This document shows, one piece after another, positions 34,820-46,310 of a stretch of DNA of 64,000 nt. The position numbers and the translations under genes were made by a program. The DNA is from Eledone cirrhosa. Its lineage: Eukaryota. The notes under the pieces were generated by a model. The model was given only the letters and a program-made list of their open reading frames with translations, made no database searches and was not told where the DNA came from. The stretch lies in assembly GCA_964016885.1 (NCBI GenBank), contig OZ024740.1:135470001-135534000 (forward strand), in the 5' to 3' direction. Position 1 is the first letter of the stretch. Each line of letters starts with the position of its first letter.

Positions 34820-36490
34820 AAGGAAAGGCGAAGTAGTTCCAGATGTTCAAGTCTTTTAATAATAATGCTGTGATATATATTTCAATGACGACACTGGCCA
34901 CACTGTTCTGTGTGCGAGTGTCGCGACATCGTCAGACAGCTTGTTACATAATAAGGTTACGTTTCCAAGGCAATCCAAATTGAATCGACATGGGAACGGA
35001 CGAAGTGTGTGCTTTTGGGTTCTTCATCCGTTCCCCTGTGAGTACCAATTCACCCCCACCAGTCTGTGCAAGCGCATGTCCGAAGGAAGTTGACCATTAG
35101 CTACCGCAGACTCAACGAAATTCGCTTAGTCAGTTCCTCCTCTCAGCCAAACAATGACCCATTTAGGCTTGTACCATAGTTTACTGCTACCCATCCTGTC
35201 TGTGGCAGTCAACCGAAAGCCAGAGGGGATGGGAGAGTGTTAGTTTTTACAGGTCACAATACTACCTCTCACCAAGCATGGACAGTACAACTGACCATCA
35301 ACCCCTAAGAGAAAATATACTTAATTCTAGGTATCATGGTTTTACATTGGAAGTTATGAGTGAGAGTTGGAAATAAAAATTAAAATTTAAAATCGAAAAT
35401 CCTAAATCAAATATCAGAAATTATAAATTAAAAAAGTAACAATGAGGAATTAAAAAATTTTTCAAGTGAGAATCTGGATTGAGGTGAGTAAAAAAACATA
35501 GATTGAAGTGAGTAAATAATATGCAGAGAGATGTTTAAGTAATAAGTTCTGAAAGGGGTCCTAATGTCACAGTTACACTATCCACATATTGAACGATAGT
35601 GCCGTACATTAGAACGGAGGGTAAACTACAGTATTAAAGGCAGTAGTCAATCTGGTACATAGTCATAATTTCCATCACATGGAACAAAACCAAAATAAAC
35701 AGATATAAAGTACACAAAAGAAAAGAACCAATAATGAATAAATGCAAAAACACAGAGTACATATATGCAAAATGATCCATATGTTGTCAATTTGTCCATG
35801 TATAGATTGAATTGAGGGGGCTTCTGTTCAAATGCGATTTGGTGCAGGAAAATAGGGGTTTATCTTAGTTTTTGTTTCCGCGTATTTATCCTGCCGAAAG
35901 TTATTATTATGTCCGTCCAGTGTCAGGGGTTTCCATCCCCATGGTAGAGGGAATTTCCTGGTGTAGCTCGTGGTTGGTTCCTCTCTTCTCCACCATATCA
36001 GTTACATCATAGAGCAGTTGTACTGCCCATGCTTGGTGAGAGGTAGTATTGTGACCTGTAAATACTAACACTCTCCCATCCCCTCTGACTTTCGGCTGAC
36101 TGCCACAGACGGGATGGGTAGCAGTAAACTATGGTACAGGCCAATGGGTCATTGTTTGGCTGAGAGGAGGAACTGACTAAGCGAATTTCGTTGAAATCTG
36201 TGGTAGCTAATGGTCAACCTCCTTTGGACATGCGCTTGCGCAGACCGGTGGGGGTGAATTGGTACTCACAGGGGAACGGATGAAGAACCCAAAAGCACAC
36301 ACTTCATCCGTTCCCATGTCGATTCAATTTGGATTGCCTCGGAAACATAACCTTATTATGTAACAAGCTGTCTAACGATGTCGCGACACTCGCACACAGA
36401 ACAGTGTGGCCAGTGTCGTCATTGAAATATATATCACAGCATTATTATTAAAAGACTTGAACATCTGAAACTACTTCGCTTTTTCTTATT
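34820..36490. mobile_element. Non-coding element with ~475-bp inverted arms (34820-35293 / 36015-36490), each carrying a hammerhead
   Basis: Arms are reverse complements with scattered mismatches; hammerheads at 34867-34940 (-) and 36367-36440 (+). Confidence 0.8.
34867..34940 (-). ncRNA. Hammerhead ribozyme motif
   Basis: GCTGT-CTGACGA-..CGACACT..AGTGTCG..-GAA-ATATATAT-C-ACAGC; the + copy has core CTAACGA. Confidence 0.65.
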
Positions 36491-36774
36491 CGATATTTAC
36501 TCCGTCACTCCTATGTGGAAAAAGTACGTTGAGTGCTTGAATTGAATTGCATCAATGTTTACCCTAAGTATATATATATATATATATTGTTCTATTTGGG
36601 GAGGGTCATATTGTTGTAATAATATTGCCAGAAATAATAACAGAACACACTCACTGTTTGGTTGGTTTTCGCTTCTGTATCTTTTATATCTCCATAGTTA
36701 ATTTATTTGGCAATCAACGCTTATCATTGACTGACCAACGGTTAAAAATACAGGTATAAATATATATATATAGT

Positions 36775-37640
36775 CTAACAAAGTTCTTTCGTTGCACATC
36801 TGCAACATCATCAGTGGTACCATTATCATGTTCCCTCCTATTGTATTGTAACGTTTACGTCATTTTTATTTTATTTATTTATTTATTATTTTTGTGTCCA
36901 CCTCTGCATTTGCGTGTGTGTATAATGTTTGGTGTGTGCGTTTGAGTGTGTGTTTTGGCTTTTGTATTCTATCTTTGTTTACTAGTGTGTGTTTATATGT
37001 GTTTGTTGTTATTGTACTTGTGTATATATTTATTTATTTATTTATTTATATTTCCCTTAAGTCAGTATTATTTGTTTGGGTATGGTTGTTGTTATTCCAT
37101 TCGTTTTTTCTGTTTAACTTTGGTTTTCTAAGCTCTATTTCACTTGCTTCTCAGATTTGCCTACCTGTTAGGTCATTTCTATGTTTAGATATTATTTTAA
37201 TTTCTATGTTGTCTATATTACCGTCATGTCTTTGTCTGGTGTGTTCGTATAGTACTGAACCATTTTTTTGTCCTTTTAATTCCCCCCAGTGTTGGTCTAT
37301 TCTTTCTCCTATGCTTTTAGCTATCTCACCTATGTATTTCGTTGTCATGTTTCTGAAAGTACCTGCTGTACATCTTATGCTATAGAGTACATTTCTAGTT
37401 TTACAGTTTATCTGGGGGTTCGCTTTACATATAACACATTTCTTATTAGTACAGTAGGTTTTCTTAAAGGGGTGTGTTTTGCTGATCAGAGATTTTATGG
37501 TAGTTTCTGACTTTTCTGCCACTTTAATCTCTAAGTGGGTCTTTCTTAGGGCCTTTCTACATTGGTTAGCTAATTTCCCCCCAGGGGTAGCATCCACGAA
37601 CATGACACTCTAGTATCTCTGGTTGTAGTACCATGAAGTG
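36775..37640 (-). mobile_element. 3' fragment of a second Penelope-like family (GIY-YIG region) with downstream hammerhead-like motif
   Basis: ORF 37151..37603: FVDATPGGKL..CVIC..CKTRNVLYSIRC..KYIGEIAKSIGERIDQH; CTGATGATGTTGCA..TGCAACGAAAG at ~36785-36815. Confidence 0.8.
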
Positions 37641-37719
37641 GCTTTCCCTACAGTTGATTATTGTTTGGTTTATCAGTAATCGAATAATCCACTGTACTAA
37701 AAATTAAGATATATCGATA

Positions 37720-37908
37720 GTCGCCATATAGGTGACCTTAATAATAGCTTTAACCAATTAAATCTTTGGTGTGTACCCATCAGATATAATTTTGGTTTTT
37801 AACCATTCATTTTATTCATGTATTGCTAATTATTTTATTAATGTTACAAGCACAATAGAGATAAGTTCACAGTAAGCCAAACTCACTATCTGGTATCAAC
37901 ACCCTTTT
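37720..37908 (-). repeat. Right arm of the inverted repeat paired with 31871-32065
   Basis: Reverse-complement similarity. Confidence 0.8.
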
Positions 37909-38400
37909 GGAGCCATTTCACTTCTCTTATGGTTCTTTGGGGGATCATAAATGACACAATTGAAAAAATATTGGACAACCAGAAGTTTATTTTGAAACTC
38001 TATCATTCATGTTACATTGTGATCATGACTGCAGCACTTTGCTTTCAATTGCTGAGTCTACAAAGCTATAAGTATCTACTACAGAATGGTATATATTCAT
38101 TGCTTTCAGCATTGGCAGCACTCTTCAAAATTGCTGAGGATTTAGTTGACTTTCCTACACTCAATTCAAATCTGTCAGTGGAAAAACTGTTCTGCAATAG
38201 TCTGAGGTGTTATTTTGCTGGAGATTCATTTCATATCTGTATAACACCATGGAAACTGAAGATAAGATTTGGTTCAATAGATCATGAAAGTTGGCAGTAG
38301 GAAATAATGATGATAATAATAATAATGATAATGATAATAATGTCTTTGAGAAGACATAAATAAATATTACACCAATTTTATTTCTCCTCCTAGAATCTCA

Positions 38401-38437
<37 letters not shown>

Positions 38438-38439
<2 letters not shown>

Positions 38440-41400
38440 CACCTCGTGGACGAGAATGCGAGCACTCCTCTTTGTTTCGTCCGCGGATGGCTAACATAAC
38501 CCTATCTCCTCCCGCCCCCCACCACCCCCACCCTCCAAACGCAACCCAAAACTTCAGAGTTGGTACCATAAATGTAGGCACCCTAAAGGGTCGCTCTAAC
38601 GAGGTTGTAGAAATGCTTGAACGTAAGGAGGTCGATGTTTGTTGTATTCAAGAGACCAGGTGGAGGGGTGGGTCTGCTAGATTCATTGAGGGTAAAAAAC
38701 GATGTTATAAGCTTTTCTGGGTGGGAAACGACGATGGGCTGGGTGGAGTAGGAATCATGGTAGCAGAAAAGTGGGCAGATAAGATAATAGACGTAAATAG
38801 AGTGAACGACAGAATAATTAAAATAAGACTTGTCCTCAATAGAACTACGGTGACAGTAATATCTGCGTACGCACCCCAATCCGGACTGCCCGGCACTATA
38901 AAAGACAGATTCTATGAGACACTGTTGCTAACTACCTCCCAAATATCTGACAGTGACTATATAATTATTGCAGGCGACCTAAATGGTCACGTTGGACAAC
39001 ATTGTGACGGCTATGACGAAATCCATGGAGGCTATGGGTTTGGTACTAGAAATGAGGAAGGCTCCAGAATTCTGGAATACTGTGATGCAAATAACCTAAC
39101 TATCTGTAACACTAACTTCAAAAAACGTGACAATCACCTGATTACCTATAGATCCGGGGAACACACAAGCCAGGTAGATTATATCCTTACCAGAAGACGT
39201 GACAGAGTGTCTGTTGTAAACACTAAATCCCTCCCCCATGAAGAATGCACCTCCCAACATAGACTGATAATTAGCGACCTCATAGTCAGGACGAGACGCA
39301 CCCGACAGCAGAAGAGGACTATCCTCAGGAGGAAAATATGGAAACTAAAAGACCCCACAGCCAGAAATAAATTTCAAAGCATATTACTTGATGCTTTCGA
39401 CAGTAAGGAAGAGCATCTAGAATCGGACAATATAGAGGGACAGTGGAAATTTCTGAAAGCTAACCTGCTGTTGGCGACAGACGAAGTCTGTGGCTGGAGC
39501 AGGCCTGTAGGCAGGAGGAGAGTAACATGGTGGTGGAACAGTAAGGTGGAGGGGTCAATTAAGGCCAAAAAGCAGGCTTGGAAAGTATGGCGGGATGGGG
39601 GAAGTAGAGTAGACTATCAAGTGGCCAGGAGGGAAGCTAGGAGAGAAGTGTACTTAGCAAGAAGGGAAGCTGAGGAAAGAAAGTTCAAGCATGTTCTACA
39701 ACGCGATGACCAAAAACGTGAGGTGTTCAGGATTGCCAGGCAATGCGTCAAGGAAAACCGTGATATTGTCGGGGAGAAGTGTGTACTTAACGATGATGGC
39801 ATACTTGCCATCACCGACACTGATAAGAAGGTAGCTTGGAAGTGTCACTATGAAAGGCTACTAAATGAGGAGAATAAATGGGAGAAAGACAGTCTCCCCC
39901 ATATCGACCCGATAGAGGGACCAGCAGTGTTAGTCGAGGGGAGTATAATAAGTAAGGCAATCAAGGATATGAAGACTGGTAAGGCGGCTGGGCCTTCGGA
40001 AATAGTTGCTGAGATGCTGAAGGCATCTGGCACGGTGGGACACACCATGGTCACCCGCATAGTTAACCAAGTCGTACAGAATGGGGTTGTTCCGAAGGAC
40101 TGGCATAGCAGCATCATCGTTAACTGTTATAAGGGTAAAGGAGACGCCCTAGATAGGAGTAACTATAGAGGCATTAAATTAATCGACCAGGTCATGAAGG
40201 TCACGGAAAAAGTAATAGCGCAACTAATCAGAGAGAGAATTGATCTAGATGAAATGCAGTTCGGGTTTGTGTCAGGCAAAAGCACCACAGACGCTCTTTT
40301 CATAGTACGACAACTACAGGAGAAGTACCTAGCTAAAGGTAAACCCCTCTACTTAGCTTTTGTCGACCTGGAGAAAGCCTTCGACAGAGTCCCCCGCTCC
40401 ATTATCTGGTGGGCTCTTAGAAAACTAGGCGTTGACGAATGGCTTGTGAGGGCTATACAAGCCATGTATAAAGAAACAGTCAGCAAGGTTAGAATTAACA
40501 ACGAATATAGTGAAGAGTTTAGCGTAAAAGTTGGCGTCCATCAGGGCTCTGTTCTCAGCCCCCTACTATTTATTATTGCCCTTCAGGCTATAACAGAGGA
40601 GTTCAAGACAGGCTGCCCATGGGAACTCCTATACGCAGACGACCTGACACTCATAGCGGAATCAATGGCCGAGCTAGAGAAGAAATTCCAAACATGGAAG
40701 CACGGCCTAGAGTCAAAAGGACTTAAAATTAACCTGGCTAAGACCAAAGTTCTAGTTTGTAGGAAAGAAAACAAGGCGGCGGTCCCTTCTGGGAAATGGT
40801 CGTGCTCGGTATGTAGGAAAGGCGTAGGTAGAAACTCCATCTTATGTCCTAAATGCAAAGTATGGGTGCATAAAAGATGTAGTGGGATCACAGGTAAGCT
40901 AACTAAGAACATAGACTTTACATGTGGCCGGTGTTCTGGTGCAATAAGTAGCAGCAAGTGCCCACAAAATACTAGCTCTTTCAATTGCGCAGAGGGTTTT
41001 ATAGAAATAGTGGACAGCTTCCGTTACCTGGGCGATAAAATCAGCAGTGGGGGAGGGTGCTCTGAAAGTACTGTAGCTAGAGTCAGAACTGGTTGGAAAA
41101 AGTTCAGAGAGCTTATACCACTATTAGCTGCTAAAGGGTTCTCCCTAAAAATGAAAGGCAGGTTGTACGATGCCTGCATACGAACAGCAATGTTGCATGG
41201 TAGTGAGACCTGGGCATTGTGTGCAGAGGATATACGCAGACTAGAGAGGAACGAAGCTTGCATGCTCCGCTGGATGTGTAACAGTAATATACGTGAACGG
41301 CAAAGCATAAACGAACTAAGGAAAAAATTAGAGATAAGAGGGATCAGATGTTGTTTACTCGAGAGAAGGCTGCGTTGGTATGGACACGTGATGCGCATGA

Positions 41401-41959
41401 AAGTCGATAGCTGTATTACAAAGTGCAGGGCAATAAAGATAGACGGTAGCCACGGAATAGGCAGACCTAGAAAAACATGGGATGAGCTGATAAACTCCGA
41501 CCTCACACACTTACACCTCTCCAAGACAATGTCACTGGACCGTGACCTTTGGCGGTACTCAGTAACAGAGAAGACCCGCCTTGCCAGTAGGCATCTCTAA
41601 CAAAATACACCCCTCCCGCCGCCACCCCCACCCCATCCACACCACCCCGTTCTATGTAAAGTTATGTTGGTGCCGCGCCATCCAGGCCGAAACAAATGAG
41701 ATCGTGTAGGTGTCACGACAAAAAACACACAGTCCACGCTGTAATGTGGCCGTGTAGGCAACACGGTAAAAACCTCCCAGACCCACACTGTAAATGTGGT
41801 TGGTGTTAGGAAGGGCATCCAACTGTAGAAAACCTGCCAGACAGTCCTATGCGAGCAAGACAATCACTCTTGCCTCAAGTGGGACTACCCCCGTCCAAAC
41901 CCATGCAAGCGTGGAACACGGACGTTAAACGTTGATGATGATGATGATGATGATGATGA
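38438..41959 (+). mobile_element. RTE-A LINE lacking most of the 5' UTR, in a (TA)n tract
   Basis: (TA)n on both sides; near-identical to 249-3797 reverse complement; (GAT)n tail. Confidence 0.93.
38472..41600 (+). CDS. Uninterrupted RTE-A ORF (APE + RT + PHD); first ATG at 38487
   Basis: All APE and RT motifs present; PHD at ~40797-40935. Confidence 0.93.
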   Translation: MFRPRMANITLSPPAPHHPHPPNATQNFRVGTINVGTLKGRSNEVVEMLERKEVDVCCIQETRWRGGSARFIEGKKRCYKLFWVGNDDGLGGVGIMVAEKWADKIIDVNRVNDRIIKIRLVLNRTTVTVISAYAPQSGLPGTIKDRFYETLLLTTSQISDSDYIIIAGDLNGHVGQHCDGYDEIHGGYGFGTRNEEGSRILEYCDANNLTICNTNFKKRDNHLITYRSGEHTSQVDYILTRRRDRVSVVNTKSLPHEECTSQHRLIISDLIVRTRRTRQQKRTILRRKIWKLKDPTARNKFQSILLDAFDSKEEHLESDNIEGQWKFLKANLLLATDEVCGWSRPVGRRRVTWWWNSKVEGSIKAKKQAWKVWRDGGSRVDYQVARREARREVYLARREAEERKFKHVLQRDDQKREVFRIARQCVKENRDIVGEKCVLNDDGILAITDTDKKVAWKCHYERLLNEENKWEKDSLPHIDPIEGPAVLVEGSIISKAIKDMKTGKAAGPSEIVAEMLKASGTVGHTMVTRIVNQVVQNGVVPKDWHSSIIVNCYKGKGDALDRSNYRGIKLIDQVMKVTEKVIAQLIRERIDLDEMQFGFVSGKSTTDALFIVRQLQEKYLAKGKPLYLAFVDLEKAFDRVPRSIIWWALRKLGVDEWLVRAIQAMYKETVSKVRINNEYSEEFSVKVGVHQGSVLSPLLFIIALQAITEEFKTGCPWELLYADDLTLIAESMAELEKKFQTWKHGLESKGLKINLAKTKVLVCRKENKAAVPSGKWSCSVCRKGVGRNSILCPKCKVWVHKRCSGITGKLTKNIDFTCGRCSGAISSSKCPQNTSSFNCAEGFIEIVDSFRYLGDKISSGGGCSESTVARVRTGWKKFRELIPLLAAKGFSLKMKGRLYDACIRTAMLHGSETWALCAEDIRRLERNEACMLRWMCNSNIRERQSINELRKKLEIRGIRCCLLERRLRWYGHVMRMKVDSCITKCRAIKIDGSHGIGRPRKTWDELINSDLTHLHLSKTMSLDRDLWRYSVTEKTRLASRHL

Positions 41960-43218
41960 TATATATATAATATTTTATTGACACTGACAGATGCAGCTTT
42001 ATGTTTGTGCGAATTCCCCAAGAGATGATTAGATCTATTTATTTTTAACTATTAATGCTCAGAATTGCAATTGAAATATTGACTGAAACATTAGTAATTT
42101 CAGTATTTTCAGCACCCTCATCCTTTAGTTATTCTAAAAAGGCAATATAAGCATTTCTATGTTTATGTAACTGAAATACTGCCAGCCTATCACATCGTCC
42201 CAAAATAACTCATACTGTACACTACCTCTTATACCAACCACCTCTGAAGAAATGAAATAGAAAGAGTGGTAGTTGTTTTCTTGCAGACCAGAGTATCATC
42301 TAGTTTGTCTACTGTATTGTTGCCATACAATATTTCTCCTCTATAAAAGGTGATATACATGCATATTGGCTCATCTTTGTGCTTAACAAGGGAGCCTTTA
42401 CATCTTCACATGACCTGCTGGAAAGAACAGTCAAGTGTACCTCAATTGGAGACTGCTGTTTCCTATATACAAAAATCAAATATGGTCATGAGTGGAACAC
42501 CTTTCAATATAAATCTATTTTTTCAGGGTTAGCCTTTCTATGTAATTTGGCATTTGTCTGTTCTATTCCTTTATATTATCATGTCTTCTAAAAGCATACA
42601 ACCTGTCATTTTATTCAAAAGTAAAAGAAACATTTGTTGCCCATCTGGTTAGATATATTTTCAAGTTTCCAATTACAGTGTATCTTCATTGCATTTCTAC
42701 TACTTTACTATACATTTCTGTAAGTGAATAGGCTTCCTATTGGGAATGACCTTCACACTTAGTTTAGATACATTATCTTGTGACAATACATTTTAGTTCA
42801 TGTAAAAACTACTTGAATTTTTATGTATAGATTCATTACTTATCTAATCATCACTTATATTGTACCCTACAAATGTCATCGGCAATCCTAATTTGAGCTG
42901 TTTCTTCAAGCTTTCAACCATATACTGCAGTTTTCTCATTGATCATATATGGTAAAGCATACTATTTGCACACACAAACTTTCAAGTATCTATTATTCTT
43001 TAATTTTGCAGTTGGTATCTGTTTTTCCTTCATTTTAAGTATCTTTGGTGATGATGGCAGTGGAGGTGGTAGTGGTGGTGGTAATGGTGATGGTGTCAGC
43101 TGCCACCATTATTGTTACTCTTATTGTAATTAACTCTAAAGGTGGCTACTATTAATGGCTGATGTGGTTTCTGACTCATTTCCTCCTTCTAATCACTCTC
43201 TCTCTTTTACTTTTTCAG

Positions 43219-43273
43219 GCAATACTTACAAAGCTTCAGAAAGATCTCCGAAATTACCTAAATTGTTTAAAAG
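43219..43273 (+). CDS. Internal exon of an amphiphysin/BIN1-like BAR-domain host gene (AILTKLQKDLRNYLNCLK)
   Basis: Strong polypyrimidine acceptor TCTCTTTTACTTTTTCAG; 55 nt, phase 0 in and phase 1 out; donor AAG|GCAAGT. Peptide resembles human BIN1 TEGTRLQKDLRTYLASVK, whose exon is also 55 nt (from recall). Confidence 0.75.
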
Positions 43274-44084
43274 GCAAGTTACATTACACCATATAATTTA
43301 ATGTATAAAAATAACAGTGGTAATATATGTCTACTTTTGCTGTGTTGTATGCATACTTTGTGAAACTTTTGACTATTAGGTTCACATTTTTCCTAAGTTG
43401 ATTAGCCATGTAACTAAACTTGATTACAGATTCTTACTCAAATCATGATAATACAAAAAAAAAAAAAAAAAAGAAGACAAGTACTTGTCTATAGAGAGTA
43501 AAGAAGACAAGTACTTGTCTATTATGAGAGTTGGCTAAGAGCTTGGTCTTCAAAAGATACCAGACAAAGAAAGCCAACAATTTTACTTTGTAACAACAAA
43601 ATTTCATGACCTCTGTCCAAAACATACATACTAACCTTCTGAGTCAAAGCATATCCTGTATGTTTGTGTGTATAAATTTGTATATATTTGTATATATTTG
43701 TATATTATGTCATAGAGCATTGATTAGATCACTACATTGAAAAATCCTGATAAAATGAAATTGTGAAAAGACAAACAATAGGTTATTATATTTTAAAATC
43801 TTTTTTATTTATTTATTTTTTTGGTTAAACATTTTTTATTTGCATGCAAAACCCACATTGCACTGTCCTGTGGCATCTTGTCACATCTTTAATGTTTTTT
43901 TTTTATGGAAGCCCTGTGTGGCTAATAAATTATTATTTTCATCCTTATGGGGGTCGATAAAATAAAGTACCAGTAATGCACTGGGATAATTGCTGGCCTT
44001 GTGCCAAAAGTAGAAACAATTATTCGGTGGATTGCCAGTATTGGTAGGGCATCAGACAACATGCTGTTCAGCATATAGTGATTG

Positions 44085-45075
44085 GTATTCCCAATTACTT
44101 TCACATTACCTTCTCGCAGTCCAAACAGCCTTGCCATCTCCACTTTCAATTTGGAGTACTTGGTGATTTTTTTTCAACCTCTTTACCTACTATATTCATG
44201 TCATTTGGTATGGCTACATCTATGATCTGACAGTATTTGTTTTTCTTGTTCAATACCACAATGTCCAGTTGGCGATGATCAATTACTCTATCAGTCTGAA
44301 AATCATAATCTCAGAAGATCGTTGCTCTCCCATCCTCTTGCATTACTATATAAGTCACATGCTCATACCAATTCTCTATTGCTTCGTATTGGTATTTACA
44401 ACTTAACAGCCAATGAAGGTACAGACTTTATCATGGTGGTGCTTGTATTCTTTTTGTGCAAAGCTCTCACATCCACTTACCAAGTGGGTCACATTTTCCA
44501 CATTCTTTTCAGAGTTTGCATTTCTGGGTGTCAGAAGTTTTGTAGATGTTATACTTCGCCAAATTGGTAGCAAGAGCTTGATCTTGTGGTGCAGTTATGA
44601 GGCTTTCAGTAGTTTATGTCAAATTGCCTTACTTAAGACATGTCCATGATATTGTTTTATCCTTGATATCCTGTGTATTTCTTTCAAACTGACCATACAT
44701 TCTCATTTCCAGAAGAACTTCTTTTCTCTTCTCTTCATCTCTTTACTTAAACTCTTGCTTACCAACCATTTCATCTGCATTTATACCCATATTTTCTACA
44801 GCATATTGAAACAACTCTTTGTCACTGTTTACCAAATTTTCTGCAAGCATTCTCCTTTCACTCTTTATACAATAATCCACCATTCTTTATCTTCATGTAC
44901 AATCAATCTCTTTAGGATATAAAGCTCCGTAAAACGTCATTAACTTTCTCATCTTTCTATCCAACTTTGTTATTTCTTCTTCAGTCCACCTGAGAATGGA
45001 TACACTATATCTAACAACTGCAACTGCCCTGGATATTCATTGTAGTGAATATCTAGCAGGCAGGGTGACCATGGC
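44085..45075 (-). pseudogene. Degenerate R4/Dong-like non-LTR retrotransposon C-terminus (zinc knuckle + restriction-like endonuclease)
   Basis: Minus-strand remnants: CKL..NVENVTHLVSGCESFAQKEYKHHHDKV, WYEH, DFQTDRVIDHRQLDIVV, VAIPND, KITKY..LKVEMARLF. Confidence 0.7.
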
Positions 45076-45306
45076 TTTTTTCTTCTTGTGGTTTTTCTTC
45101 ATGGGTAACCTAATTTTCCGTAATAATTCCTATTATGGAAATATATTTTGTTTTGATTTTTTTTAGTTGCCTTTTTTTCTGTTATCGCTCTTATTACAAA
45201 AAAAATCCCACATTGTACTGTCTTGTGCCATCCTGTTTTTCCTCAATGTTTTATTTTTGTAAAACCTTTGTGATTAATAAAGAAAACATTATTATTATCA
45301 TCATAA

Positions 45307-46310
45307 GGGCAGTGGATTGGCAGTATCAGTAGAGCATTGGACAACATGCTTTATGGCATTGAGTTACGCCCCTTTACGATCTGAGTTCAAATTCCGCCAA
45401 GGTTAGCTCCGCCTTTCATCCTTACGAGGTCAATAAAATAAAGTATCTGTAATGCACTGAGGTCGATTAATCGACTTTCACTACCTCCAAAATTGTTGGT
45501 TTTGTGCCTAAATCAGAAACCCTTATTATTATTATCTGTTAGAGCGGTGGATTGGCCGTATCGGTAGTGCATCGGACTACACACTTTGCAGCATATAGTT
45601 ATGCCCCTTTATGATCTGAGTTCAAATTCCACCAAGATTAGTTTTGATTTACATTGTTACAAGGACAATAAAATAAGGTACCAGTAATGCACTGGAGTTG
45701 ATTTAATTGACTTTCATCTTCCCCCACATTGTTGGCCTTGTGCCTAAATCGTTGAATTGGCAGACTTGTTAGAATGCCAGAAAAATAACTCATTATATTT
45801 GTTCCAGCTCTTTATATTCTGAGATCAAATCCTGTTGATGTTAACTTTGCTTTTCATCCTTTTGAGGTTGATAAAATAAAGTACCAGTCAAGTACTGGAG
45901 TCAATATAATTGACTTTTTTCTTAACATTGAGCTTGTGCCAATGTTAGAAAGAATTGTTGTTATTGTTGTTATACAGGAAAACATCTGTAAGAATTTGTA
46001 AATAATTCTGATTCATTTGTTTTTCCATTTTATTTTTTAGATTATAATCTGTTAAACTTATTTATTGGCTATCAGGGCAGTGAATTGGCAGAGATAGAGC
46101 ATTGGATAGAATATCTTGTGGTATTTGTTCTGGTTCTCTACATTCTGAGTTCAAATCCTGCCGAGATCAACTTTGCCCTTCATTCTTTTGGGTGTCAATA
46201 AAATAAAATATTAGTCCATGAGAGTAGATTAGCAGAATTGTTAAAGCATTGGATGATACGCTTTGTGATATATATTTTGGCACTTTGCTTTCTTATTTCA
46301 AATTCTACAT
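45307..46310 (+). mobile_element. Cluster of ~5 tandem tRNA-derived SINEs (Meta-domain-like)
   Basis: Repeated GGCAGTGGATTGGCAG..TAGAGCATTGGA..CTGAGTTCAAATTCCGCC..GCCTTTCATCCTT..GAGGTCAATAAAATAAAGTAC..TTGTGCCTAAA..(ATT)n. Confidence 0.8.

Noticed and set aside
37929-38300. 123-aa + strand ORF as a host exon
   Set aside because: No recognisable homology or convincing splice sites. The minus strand faintly resembles a decayed hAT C-terminus, but too weakly to call.
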